Assembly (NCBI GenBank): GCA_977017575.1
Contig: CDRNVI010000060.1
Span: 310,001-374,000, forward strand
DNA from: Paramoeba atlantica
Taxonomy: Eukaryota > Protista > Discosea
Length of the DNA stretch: 64,000 nucleotides
Reading direction: 5' to 3'
The translations under genes and the position numbers were made by a program. This document shows positions 44,425 to 54,850 of the stretch, piece by piece. Position 1 is the stretch's first letter. Each line of letters starts with the position of its first letter. A model generated the notes under the pieces. It saw nothing but the letters and a program-made list of their open reading frames with translations. It did not search any database and had not been told where the DNA came from.

Positions 44425-44497
44425 TATATCCGCCCGGAGTCGAACCTACGACCACCAAATTATGAACGGCAGGTCTTACCAAAAGGACTACCTGGGT
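44425..44497 (-). pseudogene. tRNA-Met(CAT)-like degenerate sequence with an intact Pol III B box
   Basis: acccaggTAGTCcttttggtaaGAC...TTCATAA tttgg TGGTC gtaGGTTCGACTCC has tRNA arm spacing, but the acceptor and anticodon stems pair poorly. Confidence 0.55.
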
Positions 44498-45113
44498 TCG
44501 AGTCCCGCGACCTACGTTTTTAAGCACCGTGATTTGTGCCCAAATCGAGGATAGAGGGGAGGGGCTGGACCCCCTTTTCTCACCCTGCTGGATCCACCCT
44601 ACCCCGGACACCATAAAAAAGGGAGAGTCAGAGGTTGTAAACAACCCACGCAATTTATTTTATTTTGAAATAAGTGTGCGCGCACACTTATTATTCCGGA
44701 AACACACTTACTGTGACCCCCCCCCTTTAATAGAGACCCCCCCTCATCCCCCCTTTAATAGAGACAAAAGTTTGGGGAAATTTGTTTGGGGGGGATTTTT
44801 TTTGGTGAAAGCCGAGAAGAAAAATTGGAATGTTGCTTAAAATGGGGGGAAAAATACTTCGAATTCACTGAATCAATAATCTCTACCAATGCTACCATCC
44901 ACCGCATCCCTGGATTCTCCTGTGAAATTGAAAGATGGTATCCCCAACACAGTTCGTTCTGTGCGTGGTCCTCTAAGGTCCTGGATTATTACAGAACCTC
45001 CAGCGCCACGAATCGGGTATCCGGCATTCGAAATAACAAATAATCCTCTTCAAATCACTGTCCGTGAAAAGAGAGACCAAGTAGAGTTAAGTATGTACGA
45101 CAAGCGCAATATA

Positions 45114-46663
45114 CAGGGGGGTCACGAAAAAGGTGGGGGGTCTAAAATTTGTACCGTGCGAGCTTTTGACCTAATTCCTTCGGCATTCAACAGATCTCGA
45201 AATTTTAAGACTACTGGCACCATTGTTGCCGCCCCTGAAGCTGATATGACGTCATGATAAAATTTTAATGAATTTTTTATCTGAAAATTCTGCAAAAAAT
45301 CGGATTTTTATCATTTTTTATCATTTTAGCCCATTAATCTATGAATAAAATACCACTTAACTCTTTCTAACACATCTCTTATGCCGAAAACACTTCGCCG
45401 CCAGAGACGCACCCTCTCGACGCAACAAATCACTTATGAAACACGTGTAATTTGCGTCCATGAGGTACAAAACCAGGGACGTTCGATTACAGACACTGCT
45501 GCTCTTATGAAATGCAGTGAAGCAACTGTCTCTCGATGGGTTAAACGCCACCGGGAGACAGGAGGGTAGAACGTATAAAATACATACGTAAGAATGCGAT
45601 TGATAATGAAGAGTTTCGAATAATGTTGGAATCTATTGTAGATGAAGAAAATCAACGTAGTCCCATTGGCTGTCCATCTTGGAGGTGGGTTCACCGCCAG
45701 ATCGATCAAACCAAGTACCCATGCTCTCTTTCGTCTGTGAAAAGATCACTGAAAAGGAGCGGGTACATAAGCAGAAAAATGAGGAAAGTTCCTCATCTCA
45801 CGCCTCAGCACAAATTCGACCGCCTGGAGTTGGCAAATCGTTTGGAGAGGTTCACCCCCTTTCAATACGCCCGTATTCTGTGGACGGATGAAAAGATTTT
45901 TAAATGCGGGTACCACTCACGCAATATTTGGTACATTTGCAAAAGGTCAGATGAACCCCTTGAGGTACCAAAAGATGTTGAGAAATATTTCGGAGGAAAG
46001 GGGGTTCATATTTGGATGGCGGTGAGCCTTGAATGGGGGATTCCCAAGGTTCACTGTTTTCATGAGTTTGCGGAGAATGAGACGGTCACTAATGAAACGT
46101 TTCTCTCTGCCATGACAAAACGAAATGGTTTCTACAACTGGTTAAAGCGTAAACCAGCGGCAACAGTGATCATGGATAACGCTCCGGGCCATAATCACGC
46201 TCGCCGCGTCGGCAGAGACATGGGTATCAGCATTCCTGATTGGCCTGCCAAGTCGCCGGATTTAAATTTAATTGAAAATTTGTGGAGCATGACGGATCAC
46301 CACATAAAATTTACTCTCCGCCCCACAAACCGTAAGGAACTACAAGCAGCAATTCCGAAAGCGCTTGATTATCTATTATCTGATATGAAAGCATCGTATA
46401 CTAATACTTCCCGTCCCGAATCAGACTTCTTCGAGAAAAAAACGGGGGATCAATAACGAAATAATGAGAAAATCTAAATATGCAAAAAACAAAAAAGCCT
46501 GTTTTTTGCCGACTCACCATTATCACTCAACCTTATATGCCTAAGTAGTTATAACTCACATAGTCTTAAAATTTCGAGATCTGTTGAATGCCGAAGGAAT
46601 TAGGTCAAAAGCTCGCACGGTACAAATTTTAGACCCCCCACTCTTTTCGTGACCCCCCCCCTG
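45114..46663 (+). mobile_element. Tc1-like DNA transposon, 1550 bp, ~100-bp TIRs, TA TSD
   Basis: TIRs 45114-45213 and 46561-46663 are nearly identical inverted copies; TA at 45112-13 and 46664-65. Confidence 0.95.
45381..46464 (+). CDS. Tc1-family transposase, DD32E, with two -1 frameshifts (361 aa reconstructed)
   Basis: N-terminal HTH (SEATVSRWVKRHRETG), ILWTDEK, IMDNAPGH, DWPAKSPDLNLIENLW; the shifted frame gives the Tc1-like tail FPSRIRLLREKNGGSITK. Confidence 0.88.
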
Positions 46664-48375
46664 TATGCCTGTCGAAATCACCGGTATCCAAGATACAGAG
46701 TAAGTACGGCCTCTCTCGAATTGCCTTGTACAAAATACGCAACCGGGGTGCGAAACATTATCAACATTTGATCAATCGTTCTATGGGCGGAAGCTGTAGA
46801 AATCGATGTTTTAATGCAAGAGGGGGGGATTATAATGACGCGGAGGCCATACTGTACAGTAAAGCAGCTGCTATGGAACGCGTACATCGAGCGTGCGAGC
46901 AAGCTTGCTCCCTCTCGTCCCCTCTTACGCTTTAAATGCAGACAATGTCAATGACTTTAACTCAAATCTTGACAAGGAGTGGAAGAAGTTCCGCGCTCCG
47001 AAGAGGTGCCTTACAACTCATGCCTTAGACTACCCATGTGAAAATGTATTATCGATATATCACAAATTGCCGAATGTGGACACTCACATGATGTTTTTAA
47101 ACACGGGAAAAACGCGATTGATGTTGGGTTTGGGACGTAAACCAACTCAACATATAACTTCTGTCCGCCGCATTATAGCAGTGATTATATTCAACGGCCA
47201 TTTCATTCTTGTGCATTACCACAAATTGGGAATGACCGTATTTGACAATTACCAGGCATTTTCTCCCACTTCCCGCCAGGACTACTTGGAAAGCTTGGCT
47301 TCTCACTTAAGGCCTATTATCGGCACCTCTGCAAGCAACGTAAAAGTAAAATATGCGAAAGTTCAGCAGCAATAACCTCTAATGAATGAATGTGGATTAC
47401 ATGTTGTGAATAACCTGTGTTCGCTGTTATTCCCTAACGGCGTACAGAACAGACTCACTAGGAAGAACATTGCGAAGACTTGGTATCCAAGTGTTTTAGG
47501 GATCCCGTCACCTTTACCTGTACAACAGAGTAGCGACATAAAGGAAGGGAACAACAGTGAGGATGATGAAAACTTGGAGACAGTCGTCCAACTCATCAAA
47601 GACACTGATATAGGAGATGAGACGACAGAGGGATGGGAAGAAAGCATAGTATACCCTATTAACATTGATATATAACTTTGATCTGTAAGGCATATCCTTG
47701 ATCTGTAAAGGTGGGATGTATTTCATCGAGCTGACATTGTTTGTGCTTTCATTTTCTAGTAGTTTATCTTGCGCTTTCATTTTCTCGTTCACTTTGCGCT
47801 AGTAGCAGTCTTTCATGCGCAGAAACATGAGTAGAAAATCTGCTCCAACGATAAATATACCGTTTTTGTAAAACAGGTTTACTACTTTGAGTAGTTGTAA
47901 ACGGACCCTCATATGTGCGTATTTAAGTCCTGAAAAAAAAGGCGCCGCGAAACTTTTTTCGTGCTTCGCATTCTCATTTCACCCCCCCCCTTAATAGAGA
48001 CAAACCACGAAATTTTGTCTACATTAAAGGGGGGGTCACAGTATTATTCCGGAAACACCTATTATTCCGGAAAATGTGGACGAAAAAATCCGGAATAATA
48101 AGTGTGCGGGGGGTTTAGTCCGGGCAGGGTCGAAACAGTACCAGATTTAGATCGTTCGCCTAGTGATACAGATACTAGCGAATCGGAGGTGAGCATATGA
48201 ATCAAATGATTCCTGATAGTTTAACCTTTTTCGTTTGATGTATTCATGGTTTATTTATATTTGAAGACGATTTGCTTCAGTTGTGTAAAAAACGCGTGGT
48301 CTAGACTGCCACAAAAAGTGATCGATAGGACGGTGTTAAGTTTTGACGCTCGTCATAAGAAGTCTACACTATCGT

Positions 48376-48944
48376 TCAGCTATGAGTCCCCCCCCCTTTA
48401 TTTTTGGGTCGCTCGTCCGTTTGACCTAATTCCAGCGGCAAACGAGAGATCTCGATCCCTAGCCTATCTTTGCCGGTCTTCGTTTTTTGTAAGAACTTAA
48501 CACACACTTTTGGCACTAATGCGGTGCTTCCATCACTTTCGTCTCTAAAAAATATAAAGTGGATAAAAAAACGGTACGAAAATGGGTAACAATGCACGAT
48601 GAAAAAAAGAAATGTTCAGAGTACTTAAAACGCATGAACAAGGTGTTGAAGAGCGGGGGTGGAATATTGGATATTAAGCTTGTCTTTGTGTAATCTACTT
48701 TTCCTGCAGTGATTGTATTTAACGGGTTTTACACGGTAAATACAACAAAAATTGGAACATTTTTGTAAAAGTAGCATTTGTTCGGCTCATTTTAAAAAAA
48801 AAAATAATTCGATCCTAATGAGTCGAGAAAAAACAGTTTAAACGGCGGGAAACGCACCTATGTAAAATTCTCTACACGTTCAAAAAAAAGATGATAAAAA
48901 ATAGACCAGTTTTTCAAAATTCGAGGGGGGGGACTTATAGCTGA
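48376..48944. mobile_element. Non-autonomous element with ~20-bp TIRs, related to the Tc1 TIR
   Basis: tcagctat(g/a)agtccccccc inverted at both ends; internal tttgacctaattcc...agatctcga resembles the 45165-45200 TIR segment. Confidence 0.6.
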
Positions 48945-49994
48945 TTGCTAGTGTATGTAAGTGACATTGGTAATTGTAATCTAAACATACTCATTGTTCT
49001 TTGTTATAGCCCGTTCCTGGGAGCGCAAAATTCTTTTGATGAGATCTGCAAAATGCAACAAAAATCAGCTCAAACGGACAATTGTACGAAAAAAACCGGG
49101 GGGTCTTTTTTCGTGATCCGGGGTTTATTAAGCTCAGTTCGTCCCTTTTTGTGCTTTGTGTCATATGAAAGCTGACAAAATTACCTATCTACAGATGCGA
49201 TAAAAAACAGAAAAAAGGACGGAAAAAAGTGGAAAAAAATGGCGCCGCTCCGCGGCGCCCGGTCGGATTTGCCCACAATAGCGGGGGGATACCCCCTTTC
49301 CATACTAAATGGGGGAGCTACAGTAAATTAAAGCAAAAGGACTATTCGTTCACGATTTTTTTTCTTGTTGTAATCTTTCTTACTGGGGGCTCTCTTACTC
49401 GGAGGGAGCATTCCTGCTTGCGTCAAATCACATTTAAGCGGGGAGAACTTTCTCCTCTTTAATAAAAAAATGATTTTTTTTTTTGAAAACTCGGTATTTC
49501 GAAATTTTTCGTACCTTTTGGTTTCTTTACCTAAGAAAATAATAGCGGGAACGTGCAGAACGCGATATTGCACACGAAATCCTCAACACAGATTTCAGCC
49601 TATGGTCACTTATTTGTGACGGGGGGGTTAGTAGTAAAAACGACCAAGAAAGGGGTTTCTCGCCCGAAAAAAAATACATCAGCAAAAATTCTCGAACAGG
49701 CCAACACGGATGAACACATTCGAACCGTACAGATTTCACCTTTATTATTCATCAATCTAAAAAATATGCCCCGACAGCAAATTTTACAAAGGTATAGCTT
49801 CTTTTTTAAAAAGGTATAGATCTAAAAAGGATACACCTTATAAAAATTATGTTATAAAAAAGATATACCTTATACCCGCCCGTGTGCCCACGGGGTAGAG
49901 TGGGATCGAGAAGCGTGAGACAGGGCATATGGAGTGGTGGGGAGTCGGAAAACAAGGTGTGTAAAGGATGGGTGGGTTACGACGTAATAAGAAT

Positions 49995-51910
49995 GCAGTC
50001 CAGGTAAAAATGTATTCTGAAAATGGACAAGAAAGAGAATTTGGTTTCCCCACGACGCAAAATAGTTCCTGTAACAAAACTCAGCGTATGAAACCGGAGC
50101 CGCGTGGTCCTAAATTATAGAAATAAAGGAGAGACTCGCATAGTTGAAGGTGCTCCGGCGAATATTTGGTAAGTAGAAAAAATTTCGGTGAAAAGGGCAT
50201 ATTTTTGTACCAACTCTTCCTATTGACCGAAAACGATTTTTGTAATATTTGAATAAATTTAAATATTATAATAACAATAATAACAGTAATAGGGTAGCTC
50301 GGACGGTGGAGTGCGCTATGGCCCGGCACTGCCGACGAGCAGACAGTACTACCTGACCGTTTTTTACACTGAATTTCCCTCTAACTTTGAGCTAAAAAGT
50401 TTCCATTCATATAATTAGTATTTTGCTCAAGTATCATACTTAAATTTTAAAAAATATCCTCTTAGAACTCCAATTGCTCACTCTTTGATTCTCTCTTATT
50501 AATGCCCCCGGTCAAGAGGAATAAGGTACATGTCCGGTCTGCTTCCAAGGCTAACTCTTCTACTTCCGTTGATCTAAAGCCAATGAATGATCTTTATAAA
50601 AAACTAAGTAAGGACTACCAGGATTTGTTTCTCACTCTTTCTCCTGATGAAGACCCGGGAATCGATGTCAAGAAAGTAAAGCAGAGCAACATTACAGATC
50701 TGTCTAGCTTCGTTAAATGGATTAGTTATCATCTAAGTCTTTCAGTCAAAGATCCCAACTATCGAACTGCCAAGAACTTTGCTCTCATTATTTTACTTGT
50801 TCATAAGCCAGAGATGGAAGCTCAGTTTAAGACTGATAAAGAACTGGACATTGAAGATCTTGAATACCACAGTAGTGATGTCTGACTGAACGTAAGAAAG
50901 ACTGCCTGGGGTAATTATGGAACTAAACGATTTCCATGCAATCCAGATTCAGTGAAGACATTATTAGAGAATACAGTTTCAGGACAGCAAATTAACAGTT
51001 CATCATTTGTAGCTGAATGATTAGAAAGATTATACAATTATAGTGCATTGCACATTCGTGTAATGGAGATTAGGGAATTTTTTAAATTCAATTTAAACAA
51101 TTTATTGGAATCTTTCATTACAAAGGAAGCGTTATAAAAAGAAAGTTAGCATCACCTTTAAAATTCTGTTTCGCGCAGCAATGCGAGCTTCTACTCTGAA
51201 GGGTGTGATATATTTGAGTGAGTAAAATCCTACCATTTACTTACCGCATGAACATTCCTTCCTAGAATTTCCGAAAACTCTTCAGCGCCATGCGAAGGTG
51301 AAAGGTGATTGCAATTCCGCAATGCAAGCATTTGTAATATTTCTGTACATTATTAATGAGGAACGATAAAATGTTTCTGTAAATGTAAGAATGTTTTTCG
51401 AATCGCCGGGGAGAAATTTCATTGAAAACAGAAATTGGTACAAAAATATGCCCTTTTGACCAAAGTTTCGGAGTTAACACGAGATACATCTTCTTCTCGC
51501 ACAAGTCCACAAACTTTGATGCAAACAGAGAGACACGTGGCATAATCTGTGGCAAAAAAGTCTTTTTTAATTGCGCTAAAAGGTTACACTATACCCACAA
51601 ACAGTGGCGATAATATCGGACAATTTCTCTAATCCTGTAAAAATTACTGTTTAGATGTGCGTTATGTCATGCACTATACATCGTATTCTATACTTCGCAT
51701 TGTATACTTCAACACGTGTACATTAAACGATTTTGCTAGGTAATCCTTTTGATTTTTTATCTTGAAAGTCAGTCCATACAAAGCCTCGGTAAAACGTTTC
51801 ATTCAATGAACAATTCAAACTTCTAATTAAAATATCATCACGTAGAGATTTTCCAGAATTCGTCCATAGAGGTCCAGATTGGCCCATAGGACAAGCAAAC
51901 TTACCCTGAT
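49995..51910 (-). mobile_element. Longer copy of the Tc1-derived repeat at 12331..13110, with an extra ~1.27-kb IR-bounded segment
   Basis: The flanking parts align to 12331-13010. The extra segment is bounded by aagggcatatttttgtaccaa and its exact inverse. Confidence 0.75.
50502..50885 (+). CDS. Hypothetical 127-aa protein inside the repeat
   Basis: ATG-initiated, protein-like composition (basic N-terminus, acidic C-terminus) in AT-rich surroundings; no family recognised. Confidence 0.45.
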   Translation: MPPVKRNKVHVRSASKANSSTSVDLKPMNDLYKKLSKDYQDLFLTLSPDEDPGIDVKKVKQSNITDLSSFVKWISYHLSLSVKDPNYRTAKNFALIILLVHKPEMEAQFKTDKELDIEDLEYHSSDV

Positions 51911-52310
51911 TCCATGAAATAAGTAAAATGTGAATAATTGGACACGTCGATAATTAGAAATTTGATATTAAATTTATAGACAGAGATATGCGATGAGATA
52001 CCGGTACATGTCATACAATAGAGGGGCTGCGGATGACGTAAAGCGCTGTTTCGCGGTGTTTCGCGCTGTTTCACGCTGTTTCGCGGCGTTTCAACACTAG
52101 GTAAGTCAAAAAGGAAATAAGTAGCTATTTTTTATTTGAAATAACCTATGAATGAAAGCAGAGTAGGCACTCGAGGGGGGCAAAGTTCGGGAGTATGCCG
52201 CGGTGATCTCCATGCATAAAAAAGATTAAAAGATTAATGTACTATACATTTCAAAACTGATCTTCAGCACTCATTCGCAAATATTAAAAAAGTTGAACAC
52301 ATTTCAAATA

Positions 52311-52397
52311 CTGTGACCCCCTTTAACGTAGAATAATGCGTTTTGTCTCTATGATAGGGGGGTTTGGGGGGGGGTGTATATTAAAGGCGGGTTACAG
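52311..52397. mobile_element. 87-bp MITE of the ta|ctgtgacccc family
   Basis: ta|ctgtgaccccctttaa...ttaaaggcgggttacag|ta; same terminus as 44711 and 44232. Confidence 0.8.
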
Positions 52398-52626
52398 TAC
52401 TGTAGTTAGTGCTGATCTTCTCCATTTTACACTTTCGCACTTCGTATTCACTTTTTCGCCCCATAGCGTTTTACTCGAGCTCGGGAAATCGAATGACCCT
52501 GCCCGATAGGCCCTTTGCAGGGCTTTCCACTTGTTCACTTTCCATTTGGCTGCTTTCAGCGCTTGCTTCGAGGGAAGTGGAAGCTTTCATCCTTTTTTGG
52601 CGCCATGCTGCGCAAGCGCGAGACCG

Positions 52627-53124
52627 TTATCCCGTGATCGAGCGCCACAAGCTCTCGACAAAGTCTCCCACCTCGCCTTTTCGTCGCGGAGCATATAATG
52701 GTTGCTCCTCAAGGTAGCTTTCCATGTCTTGGGCAACCTCACCCAGAAAGTACAGTTCACGTGGACACACATCGAGTAGGAGACGTCCTCGGTGCTGTAC
52801 CAGGAGAAGAAGTGTGCGACGAAGGATAGAGGAGCCAACAGGAACATTAACAATGCTCCTCTTTCCCACAGAAAAACATTCCAGGGTCCTGTTTACCCGT
52901 TCCATGATGCTTGTCACCTTCTCACCAAGCTCTTCAGGAGAAATCTGGAGGACTGGCTTATCAAACACAGTTACGCATTTCGTGAAAATCTTTTTCGTCG
53001 AGCTAACGACGAGCTCAATGATATCATCGTCTGCCACCTCGTCGTCTTCAAATTCACGAAGGATCCTTTTCTTTAAAGATTTGTTGTTCCTCTGCGTCCA
53101 TATTCTACAGAAGGAATATTGCAC
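52627..53124 (-). CDS. Second ORF of the Harbinger-like element (165 aa; probably frameshifted and extending to ~52475)
   Basis: Protein-like ORF downstream of the transposase in the same orientation; function unrecognised. Confidence 0.45.
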   Translation of the reverse strand: MQYSFCRIWTQRNNKSLKKRILREFEDDEVADDDIIELVVSSTKKIFTKCVTVFDKPVLQISPEELGEKVTSIMERVNRTLECFSVGKRSIVNVPVGSSILRRTLLLLVQHRGRLLLDVCPRELYFLGEVAQDMESYLEEQPLYAPRRKGEVGDFVESLWRSITG

Positions 53125-53160
53125 TAAAAAGAATGCTAAAAAATGTGAAAAATAAAAATC

Positions 53161-53277
53161 ATCTGCTCGTATGGTGTAGTAAGCTGTAGTTATTTTATTC
53201 GTGCCGACATCTATTCGTATGGTGTAGTAAGCTGTAGTTATTTTATTCGCAGCGACATCTATTCGTATGGTGTAGTT
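53161..53277 (+). repeat. 48-bp tandem repeat, ~2.4 copies
   Basis: Units at 53161, 53209 and 53257 (atct..tcgtatggtgtagtaagctgtagttattttattcg..cgac). Confidence 0.95.
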
Positions 53278-53307
53278 ATCTTACTAAACTTAAATACGAT
53301 CATATTT

Positions 53308-54414
53308 CTATTCAGACAACTCCTTCTTCTTACCTTTACCTGGCTTCTTTGGTTTATACGGCACATGATGAATGTGCTCCTTAAGAAAATCACGGCGCGA
53401 TCCTATCGGCTCCACGACACCACACCCCCGACTGCACCAGCACTCGGATGGCTCATCTAACACTTGCAATGACTTAACAACAGTGTTATCTACATCATAT
53501 TGAGGGTCAGATGCTAGTACTCCATTAATCACTACTGAAACAATCTGCACTGCATTTCTAACCCATCCGATATCATGATCGGTCCCATGAAAACATCGAA
53601 ATTTATCAAAAAAAGAAAAATATTTTTCTATGCGGGAGCCCACCAGAGACAATCGTGCGTTCACTTGTTTTTCTCCTGTGAGTTTTTTTATTGTACTCTT
53701 TATATGGCACGAAACAATGATTGCAACCTATATACCCAAGATCTCCAAGAAACATTTCGTCTTTGTGATGATTGAAAAGTGGAGTCTTGTGAGTTGTAGT
53801 AGTACTGTAAATTTTCGCATCATGGATACTTCCATTCACAGGTCCTCGAAAAAAGAAAGGAACTCCGGCCAACGTCATCCAAAATTCTACTTTAAAACAA
53901 TGCTCATGATGCTTTCCAGAGTAAGTTGCGTCTTTTTGCACGTACTCACCACGCGTGCTGTCCCAAACAGTGTGCTTCTTGCGCGCTCGGCAAGGAATCG
54001 TGGTGACATCTACGATACATGTCACATCCGAAAGCCACGGAACACCATGCTGAAACCGCAAGTTTGGGTTCATCAGGTGCGGGGAGTAAAGTAACTTTGC
54101 TGTGCTCGAGAAATCTGCACGCAAGGTGCGGATAGAAACTGGCGGATCATTCGGGCTCGTCCAAAGCCCCTGGGGTCATGCAATTGTTCCCATGTGCAGT
54201 TTAAAGCGCACATGCATAGGGAAGATTTTAGACGCCGCATGTCTTTTTCCCCTATAACGGCGCTGTGAACCCGCTGTAGCTCGGAATACACTTGATTAAC
54301 CTGTTCATGGCTTATTCCGTACATTAAAAGGCCCAAGAAAGGTATATTGATACGAAGAGTTTCACAAATAAGCCAAATATTATTGCGGTTATAAACTTTG
54401 CACATGTTATGCAA
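53308..54414 (-). pseudogene. Harbinger/IS5-like (DDE_Tnp_4-type) transposase with two compensating frameshifts (368 aa reconstructed)
   Basis: CIVDVTTIP, YSGKHHEHCFK, GSIHDAKI, FLGDLGYIG, VPYK...LTGEKQVNARLSLVGSRIE. Shifts at about 54125 and 53685; total span 1107 nt. Confidence 0.82.
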
Positions 54415-54714
54415 TCATACACGTTAACACAGAGCATAAGGGAACATAACGGACATTATTAAGTGCATGTTATGAGCTTGCACATGAATTTTCAGACTGT
54501 TCATCACCTGCGCAAGACTGGAAAACAAACCGCTGTTTCGCGGTGTTTCGCGCTGTTTCGGAATAATAACCCGCAGCCCCTCAATAAAGAATAATAACCC
54601 GCAGCCCCTCAAAATACATGTATGACAAGAACATACTCTGTTATATGACAAGTATAACTTACTTATTTCTTTCCTGAGTTTTATTTTCGATCGCTGCGGT
54701 AGATGCTTCTTCAA

Positions 54715-54850
54715 AAAGCGGTGGTTGTTGCTAAACGGAGCTTCGCGTATTGCTTCCCACTAACGACGCCGCGTAGGGCTTGGGCCCACGTAATTTTCAA
54801 CGCGAAGCTCGCAGCATGAGTGACTGAAACAACCACCGCGTTTAAAGAAG
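54715..54850. repeat. Chimeric repeat joining the cccactaacgacgccgcgta family to the loop and arm of the palindromic element
   Basis: The first half matches 44355-44415; the second half matches 8772-8845. Confidence 0.75.

Larger units (their letters stand above)
44889..47675 (+). pseudogene. Interrupted gene for a putative HTH plus Ulp1/C48-like cysteine protease (~410 aa reconstructed)
   Basis: 44889-45113 joins 46666 in frame once the Tc1 element is removed. One -1 shift near 46920 and one in-frame TAA (47373). Protease motifs GHFIL, VFDNY, QQQ, NECG. Confidence 0.65.
44711..48041 (+). mobile_element. TA-flanked CTGT-ended element carrying an HTH/Ulp1-like protease gene
   Basis: ta|ctgtgacccccccc...tttaatagagac inverted with gtctacattaaagggggggtcacag|ta. 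The TA duplication is supported by the reconstructed empty site. Confidence 0.85.
44681..48115. mobile_element. Small TA|AACC-type MITE split by later insertions
   Basis: cgcacacttattattccgga (44681-44700) is inverted at 48089-48108 and followed by ggggtt|ta. Joining 44710 to 48044 restores a tandem cac(a/c)cttattattccggaaa array. Confidence 0.8.
52021..54582 (-). mobile_element. PIF/Harbinger-like (PHIS) element with two ORFs
   Basis: 12-bp IR gaggggctgcgg/ccgcagcccctc flanked by aata on both sides; subterminal gctgtttcgcggtgtttcgcgctgtttc arrays near both ends; DDE transposase inside. Confidence 0.7.

Noticed and set aside
45566-45592. Possible 27-nt GT...AG intron bridging the two Tc1 ORFs
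   Set aside because: Removing 27 nt does not change frame, so it cannot join the ORFs; a single-base homopolymer indel explains the junction.
53161-53277. Regular repeats as a possible CRISPR array
   Set aside because: Plain head-to-tail tandem repeats without unique spacers; eukaryotic context and no cas genes.
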